Of a stretch of 64,000 bases of DNA, positions 26,137 to 35,877 are shown in pieces. The stretch lies in the IMG/VR virus record IMGVR_UViG_3300045996_002689, positions 484 to 64,483 of that record. The stretch is one strand, 5' to 3'. Made by a program: the position numbers and the translations under genes. This stretch comes from a virus (lineage: Duplodnaviria; Caudoviricetes). Under the pieces are notes generated by a model. The model did not search any database, had not been told where the DNA came from, and worked only from the letters and a program-made list of their open reading frames with translations. Numbering within the stretch: position 1 is the stretch's first letter; every line of letters begins with the position of its first letter.

Positions 26137-26766
26137 ATGCCAAGTTATTATGAGTATTACGACAAGGAGGGGAAACGCGACCCCGACGAGCCGGATGCCA
26201 GTGATTTTTTAAGAAGGATGCGCGCCGTGCAGATTGACGACACGGACTTAAATTTAGCGCGAGAACGTTTTGGTGTAGAATTACCCGACGACGTAGTAGA
26301 ACAGATCGCCCGCCAGCAAGCGGTGGCGCGTCCCGTGCTGGAGCAATACCACCTCTTGCACGAACAGACGCCCTCCATTGCCATCGCCAGAGCGTCGATG
26401 GAAAAAGACATCGACGCCATCACCGACATCGTGGCGGCAATGGACTTGACCGACCTGGACGACGTGGGCGAGTTTGCCGACGAGTACACCTGCCCGCGCT
26501 GCGCCCACCGCTGGAGCGGAGCGCCCAATTACCGCACGGGTTATGGCGATAAGGTCTATGTGCCCACAGGCCGCGTCAGCCGCAGGACAGGCAGACCCCT
26601 ATCCGACCGCTATGGCCCGCCCATCAAGAGCAACAAAGAGTTTAAGTACGGGCGCAACTGGCGCGGATCGAGCGCCGCCAAGCTGCCGCGTGGCTTTGGC
26701 AACCGCGACATTGGCGTACCGATTGTAGGAGAAAACTGGCGTGGCCGCAGAACCCAAAAAAAGTAA
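26137..26766 (+). CDS. hypothetical protein with CxxC ribbon, upstream of terminase
   Basis: GGAGGT RBS; YTCPRCAHRW. Confidence 0.7.
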   Translation: MPSYYEYYDKEGKRDPDEPDASDFLRRMRAVQIDDTDLNLARERFGVELPDDVVEQIARQQAVARPVLEQYHLLHEQTPSIAIARASMEKDIDAITDIVAAMDLTDLDDVGEFADEYTCPRCAHRWSGAPNYRTGYGDKVYVPTGRVSRRTGRPLSDRYGPPIKSNKEFKYGRNWRGSSAAKLPRGFGNRDIGVPIVGENWRGRRTQKK

Positions 26767-27418
26767 GCCGAGACGCACCAATGGCTTCCAGCCTGGCTGG
26801 AAGAAAAAGGCCGCAAAGCCTGTCGAAGCCACACCCCTTGACGCCCTGGAGAATATCGACTTTGAGCGCGAGAACCTCTATGCGCTGCCCCAAATTGACC
26901 TGAAAGTAGACGGCACCAAAGTACAGGTCGAGCGCCTTGTCCTTACCGCCGAGCTTGTGGCGGTGGCGATCTACGAAGCCAGAGGCATGTTGTCGGTGGC
27001 GGCAAGAAAGCTGGGCACAAGCAGCCGCGTGGTCAAGAGCTTTATCCGCGAGTCCGACCTGTGCGCCGCCGCCGTCGAAGAGGCCAACGAGATGCTGCTT
27101 GACTTTGCCGAGGCAAAGTTATACCAGAAGATCAAGGCCGGAGACATTGCCTCGATTATTTTTTACCTGCGCACGCGCGGCAAGATGCGCGGCTACACCG
27201 AGAAACCCAACGAAAAAGACGAAGAGATGCGGCGCAAACAGGAAGAGTCGCGCCTGGATGCGCAGGAGAGCGCCAACCGCCTCAAGCTCAGGCTGGAGGA
27301 AGTGCGCCAACGCATCACGGCGGCAACCGCCGACATAGACATCTACCCTACGGACATAGAGACAGACGATGACGATACGGGACAGGCAGATTACGAGATC
27401 GACGCTCAAGACGCTTGA
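26741..27418 (+). CDS. terS: terminase small subunit
   Basis: HTH (GMLSVAARKLG) and LDFAEAKLYQKI...SIIFYLRTRGKMRGY; directly upstream of terL. Confidence 0.75.
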   Translation: MAAEPKKSKPRRTNGFQPGWKKKAAKPVEATPLDALENIDFERENLYALPQIDLKVDGTKVQVERLVLTAELVAVAIYEARGMLSVAARKLGTSSRVVKSFIRESDLCAAAVEEANEMLLDFAEAKLYQKIKAGDIASIIFYLRTRGKMRGYTEKPNEKDEEMRRKQEESRLDAQESANRLKLRLEEVRQRITAATADIDIYPTDIETDDDDTGQADYEIDAQDA

Positions 27419-28784
27419 GGCGCGTATCGTCCAGGCGCGACCGCAGATGGCGGCGCGCCCTTTGAGCATGGCGGAGCAAATCTCGATGCTGCCCGATGGC
27501 GAGCGCGAGGAAACGCTGGCGATGCTTGCGCCCACACCGGAGGACTTGCGTTTGCTGGAGTACTCCTGGGACTTTTGGGCGCGCCCCAACCAAAAAGAAC
27601 CGGAAGGCAACTGGAACACCTGGCTGTTGATGAGCGGCAGAGGTTTTGGCAAGACCAGGGTGGGGGCGGAGGCGGTGATCAAACGCGCGCAGATGTACCC
27701 GCGCTACGCCATCGCGCTGATCGGGCAGACCAAAGCCGACGTGCGCGACACGATGGCGGAGGTCTTTGAGTCCAGCATTATGAAAATCTCGCCGCCGTGG
27801 TTTATGCCCAGGCTGGAAACCACCAAGCGGCGCTTGACCTGGCCCAATGGCGCACAGGCGATCATGTACTCAGGCGACGAACCAGACCAGTTGCGCGGCC
27901 CACAACACGGCTTTGGCTGGCTGGACGAAGTTGCCAAGTTCAAGTACCCGCAGGAAACCTGGAGCAATTTTAGTTTGGGGCTGCGCCTTGGCCCCAACCC
28001 GCAATGTATTATCACGACAACGCCAAGGGCCATACCCCTCATCAAGGAGCTAAACAGCGACCCTGCCGTCATCAAGACCGTGGGCAGCACCTATGAGAAT
28101 GTGGGCAACTTGCCGCAAAGTTTTATCCGCACAATTTTAAGCCGTTACGAGGGCACGCGCCTGGGAGCGCAGGAAATCTACGGCAGTATCTTGGGCGATG
28201 TCGATGGCGCGCTGTGGAACCGCGACACCCTAGAGCGCGTGCGCGTGGTCAAGATACCGGAGATGGTGCGCATCGTGGTGGCGGTCGATCCTTCCACGGG
28301 GGGCAGCGCATCGGGCGGCACGGCAGAGACAGGCATTGTCATTGCAGGCATCGGCACCGATGGGCATTGTTACATCCTGGAGGATGCCAGCCTCAACACC
28401 AACAAGCCCGAACGTTGGGGAGCGCAGGCGGTTGCCGCCTACAACCGCTATGGAGCCGACCGCATTGTGTGCGAGGTCAACCAGGGCGGCGAGATGGTCA
28501 GGTCTACCCTGCACACGATTGACGACAAGCTCCCCATCACGATGGTTCATGCCTCAAAAGGCAAATACACGCGCGCCGAGCCGGTCAGTTCGCTCTACAG
28601 CCAGGGGCGCGTGCATCACTTGGGCATGTTTGCCGACCTAGAAGATCAGTTGTGCAGTTGGGTACCAGGGGAGCCGAGTCCCGATAGGTTAGACGCCCTT
28701 GTGTGGGCAGTTACCGAAGTCCTGATCCGCGGCTACGGCGGCATGGACATAGAAACGCTCGCATCGGTCTTTAACTACCTGTAG
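27369..28784 (+). CDS. terL: terminase large subunit
   Basis: Walker A GRGFGKT, LRGPQ, Walker B WLDE, ITTTP, nuclease VAVDP...SPDRLDA. Confidence 0.95.
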   Translation: MTIRDRQITRSTLKTLEARIVQARPQMAARPLSMAEQISMLPDGEREETLAMLAPTPEDLRLLEYSWDFWARPNQKEPEGNWNTWLLMSGRGFGKTRVGAEAVIKRAQMYPRYAIALIGQTKADVRDTMAEVFESSIMKISPPWFMPRLETTKRRLTWPNGAQAIMYSGDEPDQLRGPQHGFGWLDEVAKFKYPQETWSNFSLGLRLGPNPQCIITTTPRAIPLIKELNSDPAVIKTVGSTYENVGNLPQSFIRTILSRYEGTRLGAQEIYGSILGDVDGALWNRDTLERVRVVKIPEMVRIVVAVDPSTGGSASGGTAETGIVIAGIGTDGHCYILEDASLNTNKPERWGAQAVAAYNRYGADRIVCEVNQGGEMVRSTLHTIDDKLPITMVHASKGKYTRAEPVSSLYSQGRVHHLGMFADLEDQLCSWVPGEPSPDRLDALVWAVTEVLIRGYGGMDIETLASVFNYL

Positions 28785-28793
28785 GGGTGAAAT

Positions 28794-30374
28794 ATGCAAT
28801 GGTACGGGAGGCTCTCAATGGCACTTAGCGAAGGGTTAGGCGTCTTTCGTCGCGTCTACAACAACCCTGATGCCTTTGTCTCGCAAACGCGATACGAGGC
28901 ATGGGTAGACCGGTACACACTCAACTGGAGCTACTACATCGGCAGCGCCCTGGACAACCTGGGCATCTGGAGCGCCTACCGCGCCCAACACAGGCTTTAC
29001 AAGTTCACGCGCAATGTCTACAACCCCACGCGCCGCCTGGTTGACTTCTACGCAGGAACCATCTACCCAGGCTTGCTCACGGCAGACGCGCGTCGTTTTG
29101 AAGATGGCACCGTGATCGCTATCCCCTTTGCGGAGGATACGCCCCGCACCCTCACCACCGCCATCGCAAGCCTGTGGAAGTGGAGCAACTGGCACATCCA
29201 CAAGACCACCATGATCCGTTTTGCCGCCACCGCGGGGGAGTGTCTTGTCGAGATCATCGATGACCTAGAGGCGCGCAAGATTTATTTCCAGGTGTGGTAC
29301 CCTTCGATGGTGCGCAACGTGCGCCTGGATGTGCGCGGCAACGTCAAGTCCTATACCATCGAGTACACCTACGAAGAAGAGGTTGACGATCCGGACGGCA
29401 TCAAGACCGGTCGCAGGTATCGCTACAAAAAGATTGTCACCGATACCACCGTGCGCACTTTTCGTGATGACCAGCCTTACGCTTATGACGAAAACGGCAG
29501 CGTCTACAGCCACCCCTACGGCTTTGCGCCCGCCGTGTGGGTCAAGCACACCGAAGTCGGCTTGCCGCACGGCGAGCCTTGTATGCGCTACATGAGCAAG
29601 TGGGACGAACTCAACGCCCTGGCTTCGCATTGGCTCGACCAGGCGCACAGGGTACTAGAAGCGCCCCTACTTGTCAGCGGCGACGGCATCCAGCAACTCG
29701 ACCTGGACGCCCCTACGCTTCCCAGCGAGCCAAGACGCCCCGATATGCAGCGCGCCGCTATCAACATATTGCGCGGCTCTTTGGGCAGCGACATCAAGGC
29801 CGTGCAGCCCCCTAGCGGCGATGTGATGCTGGCGGTTGACCACCTGATCGAAGAGATCGAGAAAGACCACCCCGAATTGACCATGCATCGCGAGATGCGC
29901 AAGATGAGCCAGGTCACTGGCCCCGCCGTGACACGGCTCTTTGGCGATGTCGAGATCATGGTCAACGAGGCGCGCACCAACTACGACACGCAGATGGTCA
30001 AGGCGCACCAGATGGGGGTGGCGATTGGGGGGTACCGCGCCAACAACGGCGATTGGGGCGATGACCTGACCGAAGATCGGCGTGTCTTTCTGCCCTTTGG
30101 CCTGGAGTCCTACGAGCGCGGCGAGCTTGACTTTGAGATTGCCGACAGACCGCTGGTGCCCTTGGGTCGCTATGAGACGATCCAGACGCAGCGCAGCGAA
30201 GTGGCGCTCGCCCGCGAGGAACTGATGCTCAAACAACAACGCGCCATGCCGCTGGGCGCAGAGGGCAACCCAGGGCTTCCATCGGGCGACCAGGCCGTAC
30301 AGATCAGCAACCGCCTGCGCATGCGAAGCTCGACCGAAGGCGTGGGCAGCAACAACGGCCCCGCCAACCCATGA
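28794..30374 (+). CDS. portal protein
   Basis: 526 aa after terL; YNPTRRLVDFY...HPYGFAPAVW pattern. Confidence 0.85.
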   Translation: MQWYGRLSMALSEGLGVFRRVYNNPDAFVSQTRYEAWVDRYTLNWSYYIGSALDNLGIWSAYRAQHRLYKFTRNVYNPTRRLVDFYAGTIYPGLLTADARRFEDGTVIAIPFAEDTPRTLTTAIASLWKWSNWHIHKTTMIRFAATAGECLVEIIDDLEARKIYFQVWYPSMVRNVRLDVRGNVKSYTIEYTYEEEVDDPDGIKTGRRYRYKKIVTDTTVRTFRDDQPYAYDENGSVYSHPYGFAPAVWVKHTEVGLPHGEPCMRYMSKWDELNALASHWLDQAHRVLEAPLLVSGDGIQQLDLDAPTLPSEPRRPDMQRAAINILRGSLGSDIKAVQPPSGDVMLAVDHLIEEIEKDHPELTMHREMRKMSQVTGPAVTRLFGDVEIMVNEARTNYDTQMVKAHQMGVAIGGYRANNGDWGDDLTEDRRVFLPFGLESYERGELDFEIADRPLVPLGRYETIQTQRSEVALAREELMLKQQRAMPLGAEGNPGLPSGDQAVQISNRLRMRSSTEGVGSNNGPANP

Positions 30375-30403
30375 GATTATCTCAGGAGACATGATAATTT
30401 CTC

Positions 30404-31159
30404 ATGCGCGAAGAGTTTATCGAGCTACTGACAAGGCTGGTGATGGATGGCTTTATCACCCTACAGGAGGCCGAGAGCCTGATCGATGAGTTTGACAGGG
30501 GCGGCACCTTGCCCGAAGGCTGGGCGTTGCCGCTACCGCTCGATGAAGCCGTGCCTGACGAAGAGGGCTTGCGCGAGGCCATGAACGAGGCTCTCTTGTT
30601 TTTTGCCGATGTACTGAGTGACGCCGTGGACGAAATTCAGGACGAGTTCATGCGCGATGTGGAGCGACTGGCGGACGACCTGCGCAGGGGGGCAATCACC
30701 CTCAAGACCTGGCATGAGCAGATGCGCGACCTGATCGTAGATTACCTGGCGAGAGCGGCGCAGGTAGGGGCGCAGCGAGCGATTGTCGGGGATGACGAGG
30801 ATGAATTACTGGAGATTTTTGCCCTGCAACTGGCCTTTTTGTCCAGGTTTGCAGACCAGGCGGCAAGCGGCAGGCTGAGTGATGCTCAAATCCGCGAGCG
30901 CGCAAAACTTTATGCGGGAGAGGGCAGGGCGCTCTTTTACGAGCAGGCGGGCAGGACGGCGGCGCTCTACGGCTGGGTGGAAGATTACATCGCCGTCGAT
31001 GACCGCAACACCTGCGGCCCCTGCGCCAGAGCCGAAGCCCAAGGCCCGTACCTGCCAGGTCAAGGCCCGATGCCTGGCAGGGTGTGTTTGGGGCGCGGCT
31101 ATTGCAGATGTCGTAGAGCCTTGCGCTACGATGTGCAAGCCTATTTGCGGTTGGTATAA
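30404..31159 (+). CDS. minor head morphogenesis (MuF/gp7-like) protein
   Basis: After portal; DDRNTCGPC...CRC motif. Confidence 0.7.
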   Translation: MREEFIELLTRLVMDGFITLQEAESLIDEFDRGGTLPEGWALPLPLDEAVPDEEGLREAMNEALLFFADVLSDAVDEIQDEFMRDVERLADDLRRGAITLKTWHEQMRDLIVDYLARAAQVGAQRAIVGDDEDELLEIFALQLAFLSRFADQAASGRLSDAQIRERAKLYAGEGRALFYEQAGRTAALYGWVEDYIAVDDRNTCGPCARAEAQGPYLPGQGPMPGRVCLGRGYCRCRRALRYDVQAYLRLV

Positions 31160-31215
31160 CTTATGTGCTTGAATTTAGCCAGGAAATGTGTTAACGTAAA
31201 AAGGAGAAGTGGGTA

Positions 31216-31845
31216 ATGCCTCAAGAAGAAAACACAAACCCGACGCAGGACGAAGCGATTAACACGCCCGCGACGGGGGGTTCCTCCGGCGAGAAGCCAA
31301 ACCAGGGTAGTAATCCTCAAGAAGAGACAATCAAAGAGGGCGATGTCAAGAGCCTGCCCGAATGGGCAAGGATCGCCTTGGCTACCGCACGTCGCGAAGC
31401 GCAAGAGCGTAGGTTGGAACTGGAGAAACGCGACCGTGAGGAACAGACCAAAGCCAAGGATGAGCTGAAAGCCAAAGAGCAATGGCAGACCATTGCCCAG
31501 CAACAAGAGCAAGAGATTGCCGCGCTAAAGCCAAAGGCTGATGCGGCGACCACCCTCAACGAGTTGCTGACGGCTCGCATCAACGCCGAGATCGCGGACT
31601 GGCCCGAAGAATTAAAGGGCACCGCGCCCGAAGGCGAAGTCACCGCGCTGGAGATGGTCAAGTGGGTAGACAAGATGCGGCCATTGGCGGATCGGCTCAA
31701 GGTAGCGACAACGCCCAAAGAAACACCCAAGCCGAAAGGCGGCAACCCACCTGGCCCTACACCTGGCGGCAAGGCGGGCGACCCTAGCGGCCCAAGCGAC
31801 CCTGACGAAGCTGGCGAGCTTGTAGACCTGAGCCAGCGTTTCTAG
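31216..31845 (+). CDS. capsid scaffolding protein
   Basis: Charged coiled coil with Pro/Gly tail, upstream of capsid genes. Confidence 0.75.
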   Translation: MPQEENTNPTQDEAINTPATGGSSGEKPNQGSNPQEETIKEGDVKSLPEWARIALATARREAQERRLELEKRDREEQTKAKDELKAKEQWQTIAQQQEQEIAALKPKADAATTLNELLTARINAEIADWPEELKGTAPEGEVTALEMVKWVDKMRPLADRLKVATTPKETPKPKGGNPPGPTPGGKAGDPSGPSDPDEAGELVDLSQRF

Positions 31846-31853
31846 GAGGTAAT

Positions 31854-32267
31854 ATGGCTGTTGTTGCCGTGGCGAACCGACTTTATGTGTCGCCGCCAAA
31901 CGAGATGGAGATCACCCATCGCAACTACCGCGTGGCTACCCAAATCCTACAAGGACAGGTAGGCGTGTGGAACGCGAGCGGGTTTATCATCCCCACGGGC
32001 ACAGCGCCCGCCGCTGATGTCCCTGTCGCGGGAATCGCCATGTTGCGCGGCGATCCTTCGATGTCGGTCGAAATGTTCCAGGAGGGTTTTTTGGCGGGTT
32101 ACACCGTCAGCGGCCTTGCCCTCTACGACTACCTGTACGCAGGTGGATCGGGGAATGTGGAAACCACCGGAAACGTCATTATTGGTCAGGTCTTGCCCTA
32201 TTCTTATTCGGGCGAGAAGATGGCCTATTTTGATTTTACGCGCTCCTGGCTGCTTAACGCCGTCTAG
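31854..32267 (+). CDS. head decoration/cement protein
   Basis: 137 aa beta-rich, between scaffold and major capsid gene. Confidence 0.6.
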   Translation: MAVVAVANRLYVSPPNEMEITHRNYRVATQILQGQVGVWNASGFIIPTGTAPAADVPVAGIAMLRGDPSMSVEMFQEGFLAGYTVSGLALYDYLYAGGSGNVETTGNVIIGQVLPYSYSGEKMAYFDFTRSWLLNAV

Positions 32268-32297
32268 GACTTAGCGTAAGAAAGGCAAAGATCAATA

Positions 32298-33371
32298 ATG
32301 TCCACAACAATTTGGGGTTTACTGCAAGTCTCCGACGCCAATACTCCGGTACAGACGGTCGGGCAGCAGTTGACGTTTGAAGCGATCAACCGCTTCGCCG
32401 CCCGCCACAACACCAATGTAGGCAATATCATCCGTCGTTTTGTCGATGACACCACGACCGATATTGAAACCTACTACGAGACGCCAGGCGGCGGTATGAT
32501 GCAGGAAACCAACCGTCTGAGCCGCCCTGGGGCTGTCAAGACCTACGGGCGCTACAACGTCGGTTTCCCCATTCGCGATGCTCGCGACCAGATCGCAGGC
32601 GACGATATTACCTTCGCCTACTTGACGCTTGCCCAACTCCAGCGCCAAGTGACCAACATCTTTATCCGCCACTTAAATTGGGTGCGCTTCCACATCCTGC
32701 GCGCTTTGTTCAACAACGCCAACGAGACTTTCTTTGACGAGTTCCTGCAAAGGGAGATCACGGTGCGCCGCTTGGCGAACACGGACGGCACGATCTATGC
32801 GCCCAATCTCAACGCCGAAACCGGCACGGACGACAACCACTATCTTGTCAGTGGCTATCTGTCGTCCGCCATCTCCAACACCAACAATCCCTTTATCACG
32901 CTGCGCGATGAGATCACCGAGCATAGCGGCGACGGCAACATCGTCGTCTTTATCAATCCGGCTCAGAGCGCCGTGGTCAAGGCATTGGCCGATTTTGTCG
33001 GCTACACCGACCCCATGATCCGCCTGCCAACCGACTCTACGGTGATCACCGGCGCGGCCCCTGATGGGCTACCTGGCACCGTGATCGGGCGCGTGTCGAG
33101 CGTGTGGGTTGTCGAATGGACAACCATTCCTGCCGACTACATGGTGGCGCTTGACATCTCGCAGCCGCCGCCCTTGCGCAAGCGCATTGACATCGCCACC
33201 AACATCCAGGGGCGCGGTCAACTGGCGCTTATCGCCCGCCAGCAGGAGTTCCCGCTGGAAGAGAGCTTCTGGCGCGACCGCCACGGCTATGGCGTGGGCA
33301 ACCGCCTGGGGACTGCGATCATGCAGTTCAAGGCATCGGGCACCTACGACATTCCCGCGGCCTACGCATAG
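32298..33371 (+). CDS. major capsid protein
   Basis: 357 aa, position, followed by a terminator. Confidence 0.8.
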   Translation: MSTTIWGLLQVSDANTPVQTVGQQLTFEAINRFAARHNTNVGNIIRRFVDDTTTDIETYYETPGGGMMQETNRLSRPGAVKTYGRYNVGFPIRDARDQIAGDDITFAYLTLAQLQRQVTNIFIRHLNWVRFHILRALFNNANETFFDEFLQREITVRRLANTDGTIYAPNLNAETGTDDNHYLVSGYLSSAISNTNNPFITLRDEITEHSGDGNIVVFINPAQSAVVKALADFVGYTDPMIRLPTDSTVITGAAPDGLPGTVIGRVSSVWVVEWTTIPADYMVALDISQPPPLRKRIDIATNIQGRGQLALIARQQEFPLEESFWRDRHGYGVGNRLGTAIMQFKASGTYDIPAAYA

Positions 33372-33390
33372 GCACTAGACATTTTGCTTT

Positions 33391-33429
33391 CTATGGGGGA
33401 GTGGGCAACAGGTACTCCCCCATAGTTTT
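33391..33429 (+). terminator. intrinsic terminator after the capsid gene
   Basis: CTATGGGG(G)AGT...ACTCCCCATAG followed by TTTT. Confidence 0.7.
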
Positions 33430-33443
33430 AGCGAGGAAACATT

Positions 33444-33812
33444 ATGGCAACCAGAGAAGCACTCGCCATCCGCGAGGAAAAAGCCCAGGCGCGCATTGTC
33501 GCAGCAGCCGAGAAACTAGCGGCGCAGACCGGCAATGTTATCCCAGAGATCAAGCCCACCACCCGCGACCCCTTTGCCAAGAGCGCCGAGCTTTACGAAC
33601 AGGTGGCCGATCTGATGGAGTCGATGATCGTGCTGGATGTCGAGGAAGTAGACAACGACGATGACGATAACAAGCCGGACGGCGACGTAGACCAGACGCA
33701 AGATCAGGAGACAACTGGTGGCGGAGATAACCAGGAAGCAGGCGGCGGCAGCACTCCACGCCGGACTCGCCAACCTATCAAGAGAAGCAAGGCAAAGAGC
33801 AGACGGGGATAA
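33444..33812 (+). CDS. hypothetical protein (acidic then basic tail)
   Basis: GAGG RBS; typical post-capsid gene. Confidence 0.7.
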   Translation: MATREALAIREEKAQARIVAAAEKLAAQTGNVIPEIKPTTRDPFAKSAELYEQVADLMESMIVLDVEEVDNDDDDNKPDGDVDQTQDQETTGGGDNQEAGGGSTPRRTRQPIKRSKAKSRRG

Positions 33813-34221
33813 CCCCGAAGGCTACGGCTTTGACTTGGACAACGCCCTGCGCCGCATGTCTGTTGATGACGTTGCTGAGTTAACGTCCGCCAAGCAGATT
33901 GCGGCCTTTTTGATTCTGGCTAGGTACTACGCGCTGTGTAGGTTTGCCCAGCTAATCTCAACGCGTGTGGACACCGATGGCCTGACCCAGGAGGGCGACC
34001 GCGACAGCATCTTTGCGCATGTCATGGAACTTCGCGAGTACACCGCACGCGAGGCGCTTGCCTACGGCTATGTGCTGGAGGTGACAAGCGACAGCCTGAT
34101 CGGGAGCGCCAACCAGGACGTTGACCAGGATGGCGACAAGTCGGCCTGGGAGCGCGATGTGTTCCCCACCGACTACATCTCTGACCTGCCCTACTTTGAA
34201 CCAGGATTCTACTACTACTAG
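33718..34221 (+). CDS. putative head-tail adaptor
   Basis: AGGAG plus GTG start; position. Confidence 0.55.
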   Translation: MAEITRKQAAAALHAGLANLSREARQRADGDNPEGYGFDLDNALRRMSVDDVAELTSAKQIAAFLILARYYALCRFAQLISTRVDTDGLTQEGDRDSIFAHVMELREYTAREALAYGYVLEVTSDSLIGSANQDVDQDGDKSAWERDVFPTDYISDLPYFEPGFYYY

Positions 34222-34223
34222 CC

Positions 34224-34733
34224 ATGTCGATCCAGTCACTCTTGGCTTCGCCCGATCCCCTGTGGACATTGATGGATGAGTTCTTGCGCCAACTCTGCGA
34301 AGAGTGGGCTTCGCAATGGCTTGAGTTGCAGGATGCCCGCGTCGAGGTTGCCGAGCAGTACGACATCACCACTATCGAGTTGCCGGTGATCATCATTGTG
34401 GGCGTCGAGCGCAACATGAGCGAAGCCGAAGCCGAGTTTGGCGACGGCGAGTACCACCTGAGCGGCTTGCGCTACCCGTATGAAATCCATATTGTCGGCA
34501 GCTTTGGCGTCCTGCAAGACGCCAAAAAGTTTGCGGCCCAAGCGTCAGCCTCCTTTAGTGATGCCCTGCGCCGCTACCCTACCTTTGGTGGATTGGGCGC
34601 AGAGAACGGGGAGGTTGTCGAGCTAATCGAGTTTGACGACGGAGATATTTACGTGCGCGGCATTGCAGGCCAGGAGTCAGGCAATTACACTGGTATAGCG
34701 ATTGTGCGCCTACTTGTGCATACGGAGATATAA
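34224..34733 (+). CDS. putative tail terminator/completion protein
   Basis: Acidic 169 aa directly before the tail tube gene. Confidence 0.55.
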   Translation: MSIQSLLASPDPLWTLMDEFLRQLCEEWASQWLELQDARVEVAEQYDITTIELPVIIIVGVERNMSEAEAEFGDGEYHLSGLRYPYEIHIVGSFGVLQDAKKFAAQASASFSDALRRYPTFGGLGAENGEVVELIEFDDGDIYVRGIAGQESGNYTGIAIVRLLVHTEI

Positions 34734-34735
34734 CA

Positions 34736-35845
34736 ATGGCGAGTCCATCCAGTTTGACTACTCGTATTGGGTTTGGGGCGCAAACGGTCAAGGGGACATT
34801 TCCGACCACCAACATCCAGCTTGCGCGGGGTATCAGCGCCGAGTCGATGCCGCAGCCCGATTACATCGAGAACGAGAACCAGATGATCGGCGTGCATGAA
34901 CGCGCCACATCTGCACAGTCGGTAGCCGAACGGTCGAGCTTCTCGATTCCGGTTGACTACGACCTGGGGCTTTACCCCAAAAGTTTAGCGCACCTACTTT
35001 TTGGCGTGGGTTTTGTGCCAGGGACGGGCGTCACGACATCGGGCGTGACCGTGCATAAGCTGGTCAAGTCCAACCAGGCCGACGCCCCCTACCTGACCAA
35101 CTACTTGCGCGCCGGTTCGGGCGCGGACAAGTTCACGCGCCAAATCCAGGACGTGCGTTTTAACCAGTTGGTGATCACCCTCACGCGCACATCAGGTGCC
35201 ACGGTACGTGCGACCGGCATGGGACTCAACGAGACGGTGGTGGCCGATGGCGGCTACAGCGTGATTGCCGAAGCGGACACGCAGTTCCAGCCCTTCCTGG
35301 GCGGCTTCCTGTGGAACACAGCCGTAGGCTCCGACTATAACTTTGGCAGCTTCCGCGAGCATGTGATCACCATTGACCGTCCCATCGAAGAGGACGACCA
35401 GTACTTGCATGAGTTTTCCCGCAACGACAACCAGGAGATGAGCTTTGGTGTTTCGGGTGAAATCCGCGGGCTTGAGTTTAACCCCGCCGTCTACAACGAG
35501 CTTTATTACGGCGGCGTGGGCACGCTCACGGGAGCGAGCCTGTCGGTGACAAGCGTGTTGACCGGTCTGACAATGGAACTCAACACCAGCCGCGTGATCC
35601 CCACGACCTTGACGCCCTATAAGTTTATTATGAATATCCCTAAAGCAGAGATACGCATGACAAACTTTAGGTTCCAGGGCAACGAAATCGTGCGCGCCGA
35701 CGCCAGGTGGCGCATGATTGACGATGCAGCCACACCGCCGATCCGCGTCGAGCTACACAACGACGTGACCAGCTACCCGCACAACAACGCCTTGTTCTTG
35801 GCGGCGGGCGGCAGCGCGTGGACGTTGCCTGACGCAACACCTTAG
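34736..35845 (+). CDS. major tail tube protein
   Basis: RIGFGAQTVKGT N-terminus, beta-rich 369 aa; no sheath gene present. Confidence 0.7.
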   Translation: MASPSSLTTRIGFGAQTVKGTFPTTNIQLARGISAESMPQPDYIENENQMIGVHERATSAQSVAERSSFSIPVDYDLGLYPKSLAHLLFGVGFVPGTGVTTSGVTVHKLVKSNQADAPYLTNYLRAGSGADKFTRQIQDVRFNQLVITLTRTSGATVRATGMGLNETVVADGGYSVIAEADTQFQPFLGGFLWNTAVGSDYNFGSFREHVITIDRPIEEDDQYLHEFSRNDNQEMSFGVSGEIRGLEFNPAVYNELYYGGVGTLTGASLSVTSVLTGLTMELNTSRVIPTTLTPYKFIMNIPKAEIRMTNFRFQGNEIVRADARWRMIDDAATPPIRVELHNDVTSYPHNNALFLAAGGSAWTLPDATP

Positions 35846-35877
35846 TTTTATCTGGATAACGGCAAGGTTACGCTTGC